A stretch of 64,000 bases of DNA from Coleofasciculus sp. B1-GNL1-01 (GCA_040220235.1 JAVJTO010000063.1); one strand, 5' to 3'; shown: positions 8,790 to 18,596, counted from the first letter of the stretch. The notes: generated by a model not told the origin, from the sequence alone. A program made the numbers and translations.

Positions 8790-9281
8790 GTAGGGGCGCA
8801 CCGACGTGCGCCCTCAAATCCCGACGTGCGCCTGTCATGATGTGCGCGTCTAAAACCCAGTCCAACCATCTCATCCGGGTAAACCAGACAACCGGGCTAC
8901 ATTCAAGATGATCGGCGTGGGTGCGATCTTGAATGTAGCTAGATGAGGGCACGATATTATCCATTAGTGTCAACTTAAGCTCCACCCCTCTCCCCCAGCC
9001 CCTCTCCCACGCCGGGGAGAGGGGAGCAAGAGAGTCCGGAGAGAGTCCGGTTCCCCTTCTCCCGTGCAACAAAAGCGAAGCATCCTCTGTCCTCCCCCGT
9101 GCCACAAAAACGAAGTATCCTCTGTCCTCCCCCCTCTTGTAGGGGGGAACGAGGGGGGTCGGGAGAAGGGGTTAGGGGATGAGGGGGAAAATGTCGAGCC
9201 GTAGATAGGCATGGCTAAAAACCTTACCAGCATTGGTTTTCGACCTTAAGTTGATACCAATGCACGTCGGTGCGCCCCTAC
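8790..9281. repeat. Nested repeat: GTAG-REP arms enclosing a TIR element (ATTRGTRTCAACTTAAG...CTTAAGTTGATACCAAT, 8963-9261) that holds C-rich/G-rich palindromes
   Basis: GTAGGGGCGCACCGACGTGC at 8790 has its reverse complement ending at 9281; the inner inverted ends are visible. Confidence 0.75.
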
Positions 9282-9734
9282 GCTCAACTTGATGATAATT
9301 TTCTAAATCTGTGTTTATCCGATTCGACAACGACGAATGATCCGGCTAATTCTGCTTCAGAATAGGTTTGTAGAACTTGTTCAAGTTCGTTATGACACCT
9401 CATTTTAAGGCACTAAAGTGCCTACTACAAACAGTGCGATCGCATAACTCAAGCCAGCCCGAATATCCTCAGTGTCTAAATCAGGATAATAGTCTTGCCT
9501 AATTTCTGCATTTGAGGTGCGTTACGCTTCGCTAACGCACCCTACGACGCGACTTGACAACCCTGTAAGCTTCGACTGGGCAAATTACCCAAAAAACTGG
9601 CATCCTATTATATAGATGAACTTAACCCCGTCTTCAGTCATCTATCTTTTGGCTTATCTGTCATCACTAAACCCTAGCACCGACTGAATCCGGATTGGCT
9701 CATCTATCCACAGAACCCTTTCAGGATAACGATT

Positions 9735-10223
9735 ATGCCCTACCAAAATATTAGCGCGACGCTTTCGGACGAAGATAAAGCCGCGATTAAAGCCGCTATC
9801 AAAACCATTGAAGAAAAACTCTCGTTCTTAGTCAATCTGAGTGTTGACGAACGCCGCAAGCTGTTTAAAATGGGCGATAAAAGCTTAGGCTTTGTCCAAA
9901 ATAGTTTAAATATAGCCCAGTCGAATCCGGATATTCTGCCCAATAGCTTTGATGTGAACGAATTTGTCCAAGATTATCAGTTAGCAATGGCGCTGGGGGA
10001 AATTTTCTTAGAGTTGCGCCAACTGACGGAAAAGGTAGATGATACGCTGCTGGCGGTGGGGAGTGAGGCGATGACGAGTAGTTTAGAAGTTTATGACTAT
10101 GTGAAGACAGCAGCTAAACGCACTCCCGGTTTAAAGGCGGCGGCGGAAGAGTTAGGAGAACGGTTTAAGGCGATGAAGACAAAGACACCCAAGTCAGATA
10201 AAGAGTCAGAAACAACGACTTAA
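9735..10223 (+). CDS. Hypothetical all-helical protein (162 aa), function unknown
   Basis: Clean ORF with AGGA upstream; amphipathic helical composition; no motif recognised. Confidence 0.85.
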   Translation: MPYQNISATLSDEDKAAIKAAIKTIEEKLSFLVNLSVDERRKLFKMGDKSLGFVQNSLNIAQSNPDILPNSFDVNEFVQDYQLAMALGEIFLELRQLTEKVDDTLLAVGSEAMTSSLEVYDYVKTAAKRTPGLKAAAEELGERFKAMKTKTPKSDKESETTT

Positions 10224-10235
10224 GCGGCTGAGGGG

Positions 10236-10341
10236 TATAGTATTACCGATTGAGGTTAGGACAATAAAATTGGGTGAAAAGGCAACAAACAACAGATAAT
10301 GGGCAACAAAGGAATGTCCTAACCTATCCCCGTAGTGCTAT
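10236..10341. repeat. MITE-like repeat TATAG..GGTTAGGACA / TGTCCTAACC..TGCTAT
   Basis: Inverted ends; relatives at 52514-52617 and ~63624-63727. Confidence 0.65.
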
Positions 10342-10412
10342 TTTTAGAAAAGCACAATTATATAAGTATACAAAAGGTTAAAGAAGTATTGCGGCTTTAG
10401 CCTTATTTTTAT

Positions 10413-11798
10413 ATAAACTACCCAGACCTGCTAAGAGCTGAGGTCTGGGTTTTTAGTAGCCCGCTCAGTCATCGAACAAGCTAAGCTGAACATACTTAAT
10501 AGTTCGGCTTAGCTTGCACGATAACCCCGTGCCTCCAGGCTGGTTTATAGACAGCCCCACAAGTGCAATATTATTGGCTCCATTAAAGTCGGCATCTCCA
10601 TGCCAACCACAATGCCCACACCTGAAAGTCTTGCCACTACGGTAAGACTTTCCTTTTACCGGGTGAATGTGTAGGCAATTGTGACACATTTGGGAAGTAT
10701 AGGCAGGGGGGATTGGGATAACCTGAACACCTGCCCCAAGCGCTTTGTACTCAATGAACATTCGCAGTTGGTAGAATGCCCATGAATTTGAGCGTCTACG
10801 TTCCGTCTTGCTTCTGGGTTGCTCGTTGGTTCTCTCCCTAATTCCCGTAAGGTCTTCTATAGCAATAGAGGCACTATACTCAACTGCTCGTCTAACCACC
10901 GATTTGGAGATGTTGTGATTGAGCCATTGCTGGTAGCGTCTCTCTCGTCCCGACAGCCGTTTCAAGACTTCTCGACATCTGCGCCGAGTCGTCCTCGTGC
11001 CTTTCGAGGCTTTTTTCTGGAGAGACGCCCTAACTTTATAAAACTTATCTCGTACTGACTGAATGTGCTTACCGTCCCACTTTTTGCCCTCTGATGTAAC
11101 TGCAATGTCTCGGCGTCCCAAGTCGATACCTATCACCAAGTCTTTCACGGATGAGTCGGGAGCTTCGTCTTTAATTTGGATGTGCAGGTAGAACTGACCA
11201 TCGCGATGCTTGCACAGTTGAGCAGAAGTCGGGTTTCTCCCTTTGAGTTTTCCTCTTTGGTAATTCCCGGACTTCAGCTCAATTCGCTCTCTGCCGTGAA
11301 CGGTAGCAAGGCTTACCGTCCAGTCTTGTTCTCGGCAGCGAAACAAGTCTTTGTCACAGTCCATGCTGCTTGGGGCAAATCTTTTAACAGGTTTGCCTTT
11401 TAGCTTGGCTACCTTGCGGTTGGCAGCTACACGCGCACAAGCCCTAACTGCCATGTTTGCCACCAGATTGAATTTTTTCTTGATGGTTTGGTAGACTAAG
11501 GACTGGATAGCAATTTTGTTGGTCAGCTTAGGGTCTGTGTTTTCGTTCACGTAGTTACAAGCGTCCGCAAACGCCTGAAGAGTTGCCTCTAAGAAGGCAA
11601 CTTGTTCAGGAGAGGGCTGGAGCTTTACAACTATTGTGAGAACTTGTTTCATGGCTAAACTATACCACTACATGGGATAGATAGATAGAAAGAGAGAGAT
11701 TGAAAATACTTCGGGGATTGACCCCTCGCATTTTCCGCTATCCCCCTACCCCTTACTTCGTTGAAGGGGTAGCCCCTCGCGATTCGGGTGGTTTAGAT
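10413..11798 (-). mobile_element. IS200/IS605-family tnpB-only (IS1341-like) element
   Basis: Right-end hairpin CCCAGACCT/AGGTCTGGG (10421-10449) with guide AAAA and end TTAT; left-end hairpin near 11745-11785 with guide GAAT and flank TCAA. Confidence 0.8.
10465..11652 (-). CDS. tnpB: TnpB RNA-guided endonuclease
   Basis: IGIDLG, IAIEDL, YTSQMCHNC..CGHC, DADFNGA; the D-E-D triad is intact. Confidence 0.95.
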   Translation of the reverse strand: MKQVLTIVVKLQPSPEQVAFLEATLQAFADACNYVNENTDPKLTNKIAIQSLVYQTIKKKFNLVANMAVRACARVAANRKVAKLKGKPVKRFAPSSMDCDKDLFRCREQDWTVSLATVHGRERIELKSGNYQRGKLKGRNPTSAQLCKHRDGQFYLHIQIKDEAPDSSVKDLVIGIDLGRRDIAVTSEGKKWDGKHIQSVRDKFYKVRASLQKKASKGTRTTRRRCREVLKRLSGRERRYQQWLNHNISKSVVRRAVEYSASIAIEDLTGIRERTNEQPRSKTERRRSNSWAFYQLRMFIEYKALGAGVQVIPIPPAYTSQMCHNCLHIHPVKGKSYRSGKTFRCGHCGWHGDADFNGANNIALVGLSINQPGGTGLSCKLSRTIKYVQLSLFDD

Positions 11799-11877
11799 TT
11801 GACTGCGCTGCATTCCGGTTGTAGAGACGCGCCATGGCGCGTCTCTACAGGATGGGGAGGCGATGGATTCTGTTGAC

Positions 11878-12150
11878 GAGTATTAAAGATTCGTCAGCGA
11901 GTACCAAAGACTCGTCAGCGAGTATCAAACACTCGTCAATGAGTATCAAACACTCGTCAATGAGTACCAAACACTCGTCAGCGAGTATCAAACACTCGTC
12001 AATGAGTATCAAACACTCGTCAATGAGTATCAAACACTCGTCAGCGAGTATCAAACACTCGTCAATGAGTATCAAACACTCGTCAGTGAGTATCAAACAC
12101 TTGTCTGCGAGTATCAAACACTCGTCAGTGAGTATCAAACACTCGTCTGC
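11878..12150. repeat. Tandem array of 13 x 21-bp units, consensus GAGTATCAAACACTCGTCAAT/AGC
   Basis: Units counted every 21 bp from 11878; each unit has an internal GAGT..ACTC inverted repeat. Confidence 0.95.
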
Positions 12151-12337
12151 GATGAATCAAGCGCAAGCCTTCATCCGGATCAACTTAAGCCAAAACCCTT
12201 GCCAATTCTGGTTTACAGCTATTCAATGGAAGCATAGCCTCACCCGAAGCATTTTCTGATTTAAAGTAACGAAAGTATCTTGACTTCCCCCGGTTTCAGA
12301 CGCGCCATGGCGCGTCTCTACATTGCTTCAGATGATA

Positions 12338-12781
12338 TTATCCCTGAACCAACTGTCGTGCTTGTTGAATCCAGGCGGCGACTTGATCAACTGTCGGACA
12401 CAAATCACGCCGTTGCATTGTTGCTACTTGGAGTCGTAAAATTTGCTGGTGTAACTTGTGAGTCGGTGTTTGAGCAAGCTGCTTGACTGAAATAATGCCC
12501 GCGTGCAGCAATAACCCACAGTATTCATAGCCAACACTAGGTACGCGAGCCAAATCAGCCAATGCGACCCATTTATGTATACACTGTGCCTTAATTTGCA
12601 GTTGATTGGCTAGGAGTTGTTGAGATTGGCGATTATTTGCGACTTTGAGGAGTTGAGCCGTTGTTGTAATTCCCTGTTGCTGAAGTTTAGCCCAATCTTC
12701 TTTACTCAATCCAGGAAGGTGTTCAATGGCGCGATCGCGAACGGGAATACTACGGTGATGGTTTTTGGGTTGATTAGACAT
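12338..12781 (-). CDS. DUF4332 domain protein
   Basis: KWVALADLARVPSVGYEYCGLLLHAGI motif. Confidence 0.85.
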   Translation of the reverse strand: MSNQPKNHHRSIPVRDRAIEHLPGLSKEDWAKLQQQGITTTAQLLKVANNRQSQQLLANQLQIKAQCIHKWVALADLARVPSVGYEYCGLLLHAGIISVKQLAQTPTHKLHQQILRLQVATMQRRDLCPTVDQVAAWIQQARQLVQG

Positions 12782-12926
12782 TCTGGGGATTGGAGAACAG
12801 GTGCTTAAGATTATAAAACTTTAATAATGAAGGGCTAAAGCCCTGACTACGAACTCCGAACAAAACCGCAAACTGCGATACCGCGATACACTGATCCAGA
12901 GAGCATCTAGAGTAATTACAGTAGTC

Positions 12927-15014
12927 ATGACCAATCGCCTTGCCCAATGCCAAAGCCTTTATCTGCGTAAGCATGCGGAAAATCCTATCGATTGGTGGCC
13001 CTGGAGTGATGAAGCTTTATTCACGGCTAAGGCAGACAATAAGCCAATTTTCCTGTCCATTGGTTACTCAAGCTGCCACTGGTGTACGGTGATGGAAGGG
13101 GAAGCCTTTTCTGATCCGGCGATCGCGCAGTACATGAATGCCAATTTCTTGCCGATTAAGGTAGACCGGGAAGAACGCCCCGATATTGATAGCATTTATA
13201 TGCAAGCGTTGCAGATGATGACGGGTCAAGGGGGTTGGCCCCTAAATATTTTTCTGACGCCAGAGGATCGGGTTCCTTTTTACGGCGGGACGTATTTCCC
13301 CGTAGAACCGCGCTATGGGCGTCCGGGCTTTTTACAAGTATTACAAGCGATTCGCCGCTTCTATGATGTAGAAAAGACGAAGCTGCAAAACTTTAAAGAC
13401 GAGATTCTGGGTCATCTACAACAGTCAGTTCTCCTCCCCGCTTCCGGACAACTCACCGCTGAATTACTGCGCCAGGGAATGGACAAAACGATCCGGATTG
13501 TAGATAGTGGGAGTTATGGACCAAGTTTTCCGATGATTCCCTATGCGGATTTAGCCTTGCGGGGAATTCGCTTCCAGGAGATGACCGAGGTTGATGCATA
13601 CCAAGCGTCGCGATCGCGTGGGTTAGATTTAGCTAAAGGGGGAATCTATGATCACGTTGCGGGCGGCTTTCATCGCTACACCGTAGACGCCACTTGGACA
13701 GTGCCTCACTTTGAAAAAATGCTCTACGATAATGGGCAGATTGTCGAGTATCTGGCAAATCTGTGGAGTGTGGGGATTAAAGAAGCTGCGTTTGAACGGG
13801 CAATATCGGGAACCGTGCAATGGTTGACCCGGGAAATGACCGCCTCGTCCGGTTATTTTTACGCCGCCCAAGATGCGGATAGTTTCACCGAACCCAGCGC
13901 CGCCGAACCGGAAGAAGGGGCATTTTATGTCTGGAGTTATGCTGAATTGCAACAACTCCTCACCGCTGAAGAATTGGCAGAATTGCAAGAACAATTTACG
14001 GTTACGTCTGAGGGTAATTTTGAAGGACAAAATGTATTGCAGCGCCGTTATTCGGATCAGTTAAGCGATACCTTAGAAACGGCATTAGCCAAACTATTTA
14101 CTGCCCGTTATGGTTCCCCTCCCGACAGCTTAGAAACCTTCCCCCCCGCCCAAAACAATCAAGAGGCAAAAACAAAGAATTGGTCAGGTCGCATTCCGGC
14201 GGTTACAGATACGAAAATGATTGTGGCGTGGAATAGCCTAATGATTTCTGGTTTAGCTAGGGCGTATGGCGTATTTCGTAAACCCGAATACCTGGAATTA
14301 GCCACAACAGCCGCTAAATTTATTCTAGAGAATCAATGGGTAGATCAGCGTTTCCATCGCTTGAATTACGAAGGTCAAGCGTCTGTCTTGGCACAGTCGG
14401 AAGATTATGCGTTATTTATTAAAGCCTTATTGGACTTGCATCAGGCTTCACTAGGATTAGCAACGGCACAGGAGTCTTCCCAATCGCCAATCCCGGATAG
14501 TTGGTTAGAGGAAGCGATTAAGGTACAGGAGGGATTTGACGAATACCTGTGGAGTGTGGAACTCGGAGGCTACTATAACGCCGCTAATGATAGTAGTGAG
14601 GATTTATTGGTACGGGAACGCAGTTATACCGATAACGCCACCCCAGCGGCGAATGGTGTCGCGATCGCGAATTTGGTGCGTCTGACGTTACTCACGGAAA
14701 ACTTGGCTTATCTGGATCGCGCTGAACAAGCCTTAAATGCGTTTAGTAGTGTAATGAACCAGTCACCCCAATCCTGTCCCAGTCTGTTTACGGCTTTAGA
14801 TTGGTTCCGCAATTCTACCCTAATTCGCACCAGTGTGGCTCAGATTTTATCCCTAATGACGCAGTATTTTCCGGCGACTATGTATCGATTAGAACCCAGT
14901 CTTCCGGAGGATGCCGTTGGCTTAGTTTGTCAGGGACTCAGTTGTAAACCTACGGCTCATACTCAGGAACAATTATTGGCGCAAGTGCAGAAAAGTCAAA
15001 CCCGGGGCTATTGA
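12927..15014 (+). CDS. Thioredoxin-domain/DUF255 protein (YyaL/SSP411 family)
   Basis: NRLAQCQSLYLRKHAENPIDW, IGYSSCHWC, VDREERPD, VPHFEKMLYDN. Confidence 0.95.
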   Translation: MTNRLAQCQSLYLRKHAENPIDWWPWSDEALFTAKADNKPIFLSIGYSSCHWCTVMEGEAFSDPAIAQYMNANFLPIKVDREERPDIDSIYMQALQMMTGQGGWPLNIFLTPEDRVPFYGGTYFPVEPRYGRPGFLQVLQAIRRFYDVEKTKLQNFKDEILGHLQQSVLLPASGQLTAELLRQGMDKTIRIVDSGSYGPSFPMIPYADLALRGIRFQEMTEVDAYQASRSRGLDLAKGGIYDHVAGGFHRYTVDATWTVPHFEKMLYDNGQIVEYLANLWSVGIKEAAFERAISGTVQWLTREMTASSGYFYAAQDADSFTEPSAAEPEEGAFYVWSYAELQQLLTAEELAELQEQFTVTSEGNFEGQNVLQRRYSDQLSDTLETALAKLFTARYGSPPDSLETFPPAQNNQEAKTKNWSGRIPAVTDTKMIVAWNSLMISGLARAYGVFRKPEYLELATTAAKFILENQWVDQRFHRLNYEGQASVLAQSEDYALFIKALLDLHQASLGLATAQESSQSPIPDSWLEEAIKVQEGFDEYLWSVELGGYYNAANDSSEDLLVRERSYTDNATPAANGVAIANLVRLTLLTENLAYLDRAEQALNAFSSVMNQSPQSCPSLFTALDWFRNSTLIRTSVAQILSLMTQYFPATMYRLEPSLPEDAVGLVCQGLSCKPTAHTQEQLLAQVQKSQTRGY

Positions 15015-15199
15015 CGTGAGCAAGTTTAATTGATGCAGATGAGTCGCCCCTACCGGGTTTCCACAGGTGCGATCGCGTCGTCTATCTTGGCTTATCCATA
15101 ATTGGTTCAATTTGTCAAGATTGTGGCGATAGGAATTTTCCGCTTCAGGGGTGACACAGTATTAATCGTCAACTGTGTGATGGAAAGCCCAAGGAGAAC

Positions 15200-16279
15200 G
15201 TGAAAACTGACAGCATTTTTTATCGCTTGTTCAAAGGGTTTCCCAGTATCTTCTTTGAACTAATTAACCAATCCCCAGAACAAGCTGAGATATATGAATT
15301 CACATCCCGTGAAATTAAGGAACTGTCATTTCGACTCGATGGGTTGTTTGTGCCGAAGAATGAACAATCGAACGAACCCTTTTATGTAGTCGAGGTTCAG
15401 TTTCAACCGGATGAGAACTTATATTATCGTTTATTTACGGAACTGTTTATCTTTCTGAAGCAATACAAGCCTGTTCATCAATGGCAGGTTGTGGTCATTT
15501 ATCCCACTCGCCGGATTGAAAGGGAACAACCCTTACACTTTAGGGAACTTTTCAGCCGGGTTACTCGGATATACTTAAATGAGTTAGGAGAGGATGCATC
15601 GGATTCTTTGGGGATTAATGTTGTTAAGCTAGTGATTGAGAGGGAAAAGACAGCCCCGGAACAAGCAAAGCGCTTGATTGAACAAGCCCAAGTCCAGATA
15701 ACTGATGAGACGACTAAACAGAATCTGATTGATTTAATCGAGACAATCATCGTTTACAAATTACCGCAAAAAAGCCGAGAGGAGATACAAGCTATGTTCG
15801 GGTTAAGTGAACTCAAACAAACCAAGGTTTATCAGGAAGCGCAAGAAGAAGGTGAGAAAAAAGCCAAGTTAAAAGCTATACCCCGCCTAATGCAGTTAGG
15901 GTTGAGTGAGGAGATGATTGCTGAAGGATTAGATTTGCCTGGGGAAGTGGTTCAACAAGCCGCACGGTTATTTGCCCAACAAAATGTTATGGCGTTTATT
16001 GAACTGTTACAGCATCAACGATCGCTTTTTTCGCCTCAAGACTTGGCTGATTTGGCTGAGTTAATTGAACCGTTACCCGATAAGATAGAAGATCTATCTG
16101 AGGCGATCGCACAATGGTGTAAGCAGGATGGACATTCCCTACAGCGTCAGGGGTGGCGTGATCTTGTCTCAGGTAAGGTGAATGCAATGGTGGAGGAATT
16201 ATTGGCGACGAATCTTGCATCCCTGGAAACCTTGGGACTTTCGGTTAATAAAGCAAACCTACAACAGGCGATTGAGTAG
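15200..16279 (+). CDS. Rpn family recombination-promoting nuclease / DUF2887 protein with C-terminal extension
   Basis: MKTDSIFYRLF, FRLDGLF, VEVQFQPD (PD-(D/E)xK-like), LKQTKVYQEA. Confidence 0.9.
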   Translation: MKTDSIFYRLFKGFPSIFFELINQSPEQAEIYEFTSREIKELSFRLDGLFVPKNEQSNEPFYVVEVQFQPDENLYYRLFTELFIFLKQYKPVHQWQVVVIYPTRRIEREQPLHFRELFSRVTRIYLNELGEDASDSLGINVVKLVIEREKTAPEQAKRLIEQAQVQITDETTKQNLIDLIETIIVYKLPQKSREEIQAMFGLSELKQTKVYQEAQEEGEKKAKLKAIPRLMQLGLSEEMIAEGLDLPGEVVQQAARLFAQQNVMAFIELLQHQRSLFSPQDLADLAELIEPLPDKIEDLSEAIAQWCKQDGHSLQRQGWRDLVSGKVNAMVEELLATNLASLETLGLSVNKANLQQAIE

Positions 16280-16354
16280 GGTGGGCATTGCCGTGTCCTA
16301 TTCTCTCAAACTCTGTACCGTAATCCGTGTACCTGCGATGCAAAGCTGGAAACG

Positions 16355-16825
16355 TTAAGGGATGAGGATGAACCGTTCAACCAAATAACGCTGAAACTCC
16401 ACCCCTTGACGCTCGACAATCTCCGTATTATAAACCTGAAAACCAAACCTTTTAAACAACCCCAAACTAAACTCACTCGCTTCTGCATATAAGCGCTGAA
16501 TCCTGTGACATTTAGCATAATCCAAGAGAATGTCCATCAGTTGAGAACCAATCCCTTGATGGATGCGATCGCGCCGCACATAAGCTGAGAGAATATGACC
16601 ATTATCAGCTATTCCCGCAAAGCCGAGAATCCCGGTTTCATCCACTGCCACAAATGTTGTCCCTGACAAAATGAACGCCCGAAACCCAACCGTATCCTCA
16701 GCAAACGACGCCCAGCTATGGGTTTGAGCATCAGAGTAGAATTGAGGCGCGATCGCGAGTACCGTTTCTTGGTACAGTTTGGCTAATTCGGGACTATCCG
16801 AGGCTTGAGCAATCCGAATCTTCAT
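16355..16825 (-). CDS. GNAT family N-acetyltransferase
   Basis: YVRRDRIHQGIGSQL acetyl-CoA motif; FKRFGF. Confidence 0.9.
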   Translation of the reverse strand: MKIRIAQASDSPELAKLYQETVLAIAPQFYSDAQTHSWASFAEDTVGFRAFILSGTTFVAVDETGILGFAGIADNGHILSAYVRRDRIHQGIGSQLMDILLDYAKCHRIQRLYAEASEFSLGLFKRFGFQVYNTEIVERQGVEFQRYLVERFILIP

Positions 16826-16846
16826 AACCCTCTATCGGCGTAAACG

Positions 16847-17282
16847 TTAGTGCGACTCGTGCAACATCTCACTCGGTTTGAGGTGGAGTTTACCCTTTCC
16901 CCCGAAAACAAATAGCCAAATAATCACTGCTAGCCAGTGTAAACTAACAGCAGACCAAAGCGATCGCGTCACACCATAAGCAACCGCACAGGCAATTCCT
17001 AACAATCCCGCCAAGACTAAAAATCTCCAATACCGGAACATTGGATAACCGGGAGGGTAAAATTAATCGTCCCACCCAATCCCCGACAGAGTGATATAAT
17101 TTTGGGTCAATGTTTTGTTTAAGGGGATAAAAAAGCGGTTGATTTCTCGCTGGCTGACTCAGGGCGTAACTGGGTTCCTGGGGAATAGCAGATTGAGGTT
17201 TCGGGGAAAAATAGATGAGCGCGATCGCACACAATATACCTAAGAGTTCCAAAATCACCCACTTAGACGTTCTCATGTCCAC
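16847..17282 (-). pseudogene. Internally deleted CPBP/CAAX-protease-like membrane protein gene (N- and C-terminal fragments in different frames)
   Basis: N-fragment ends GDWVGRLILP; C-fragment reads FLVLAGLLGIACAVAY..TRSLWSAVSLHWL (CPBP terminal His helix); the core is missing. Confidence 0.65.
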
Positions 17283-17360
17283 TCCACACTGCGCTGTTCA
17301 CCTTTTTTCGGTGTAGAAATCGATGGGGTGGGCAATGCCCACCCGACCTAATTGACTCTA

Positions 17361-18164
17361 TCACCCTTCAGCAAAGCCCGGATAGAGCATCATTCCTCCA
17401 TCGATAAATAACGTCTCTCCGACGACATAATCCGAGTCATCAGAAGCCAACCAAACCGCCATCCTCGCAACATCTTCAGGCTTGCCAATCCGTTGATAGG
17501 GAATCAAATTGAGTAACTCGGCTTTGGCTTCTTCATTTTCCCAGTCCTGACGATTAATCGGAGTTTTAATCGCCCCCGGAGCGATACTGTTAACACGAAT
17601 TTTGTGCGGGGCTAACTCTTGTGCTATGGTTCGCATCAACATATTAATACCTCCTTTAGATGCCGCATAATTCGCATGGGTTGCCCAAGGAATTTTTTCA
17701 TGAACGGAACTGATGCAAATAATTTTACCTGCGGCACAAGAGCGTTCTTCAACAACACCTCGGCGGATAAATTCCTTGGCAGCTTCCCGCGCACAGAGAA
17801 ATTGTCCGGTTAGATTAACATCAATAACTAATTGCCAATCCTCCAGGGACATATCGATAAAGTTGGCGTCTTTCTGAAGCCCCGCATTGTTGACGAGAAT
17901 ATCAATCGTGCCGTAGGTTTCAATTAACTCAGAGAACAGGCGCTGCACTTGATCCTCTTTGGCAACATTTGCCTGTAAAGCAACCGCTTCTCCTCCTTTT
18001 TCGCGAATGCCTGAGACAATTTGTTCCGCATCTTCTGCGCTACTGCGGTAGTTCACGCCAACTTTAGCGCCAGCTTCGGCAAACGCGATCGCAATGGCTT
18101 TGCCAATTCCTGAACTTGCCCCTGTTACTAAAGCAACCTGACCCTGTAACGCTTTTGTATTCAT
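17361..18164 (-). CDS. SDR oxidoreductase, glucose 1-dehydrogenase-like
   Basis: TGASSGIG, NNAG, SSVHE, YAASK, PGAIKTPIN. Confidence 0.92.
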   Translation of the reverse strand: MNTKALQGQVALVTGASSGIGKAIAIAFAEAGAKVGVNYRSSAEDAEQIVSGIREKGGEAVALQANVAKEDQVQRLFSELIETYGTIDILVNNAGLQKDANFIDMSLEDWQLVIDVNLTGQFLCAREAAKEFIRRGVVEERSCAAGKIICISSVHEKIPWATHANYAASKGGINMLMRTIAQELAPHKIRVNSIAPGAIKTPINRQDWENEEAKAELLNLIPYQRIGKPEDVARMAVWLASDDSDYVVGETLFIDGGMMLYPGFAEG

Positions 18165-18399
18165 CACTATTGCTCCTGACTGGTTTATCCTTACGTCGTG
18201 CTGCAAAGACTAAACAAGCTTGAATATCTGCTAGTTCTAAATCAGGGAAGTCTTCTAGAATTTCAGAAATGCTAACATTTTCTGCCAACATCTCTAAAAT
18301 ATCGGTGACTCGAATTCGCATTCCTCGAATACAGGGACGACCACCACATTGACCAGGATTTTGCGTAATTCGGTTGAGTAAGTCAGGAGTTAAACTCAT
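18064..18399 (-). CDS. DUF433 (antitoxin-like) protein; native C-terminus appears lost and runs into the SDR gene
   Basis: RITQNPGQCGGRPCIRGMRIRV..ILEDFPDLE..DIQACL; the tail overlaps the SDR gene out of frame. Confidence 0.75.
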   Translation of the reverse strand: MSLTPDLLNRITQNPGQCGGRPCIRGMRIRVTDILEMLAENVSISEILEDFPDLELADIQACLVFAARRKDKPVRSNSDEYKSVTGSGCFSNRGKFRNWQSHCDRVCRSWR

Positions 18400-18596
18400 A
18401 ACCTTTTTGAGTTTTAATTGGTTTTTTTCTAATTAATAATAGCATAACTATTGCCCATGAAACACCGAGCGTGTTACCGAGCGGAGCCGAGGTAAGCCGA
18501 GGTGTTGCCTATTGCCCATTGCCTAGCGCGTAGCGCTATAAAACCCGCCCCTACACAATCAACACTCAAAACTTCCTCACCTTCAGGTTTTTGACT

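Noticed and set aside
8660..9233. Three minus-strand ORFs
   Set aside because: Translations of REP/MITE sequence.
10465..11652. Cas12f / type V CRISPR effector
   Set aside because: Bounded by IS200/IS605 end hairpins; the nearby 21-bp array lies outside the element and lacks spacers.
11878..12150. CRISPR array
   Set aside because: Units are contiguous 21-mers with no unique spacers, and no cas genes are in the window.
11834..12259. SIKHSSM (+) and DECLILI (-) repeat ORFs as real proteins
   Set aside because: Open only because of the repeat; the plus ORF starts inside a REP palindrome and unit variation is nonsynonymous in both frames.
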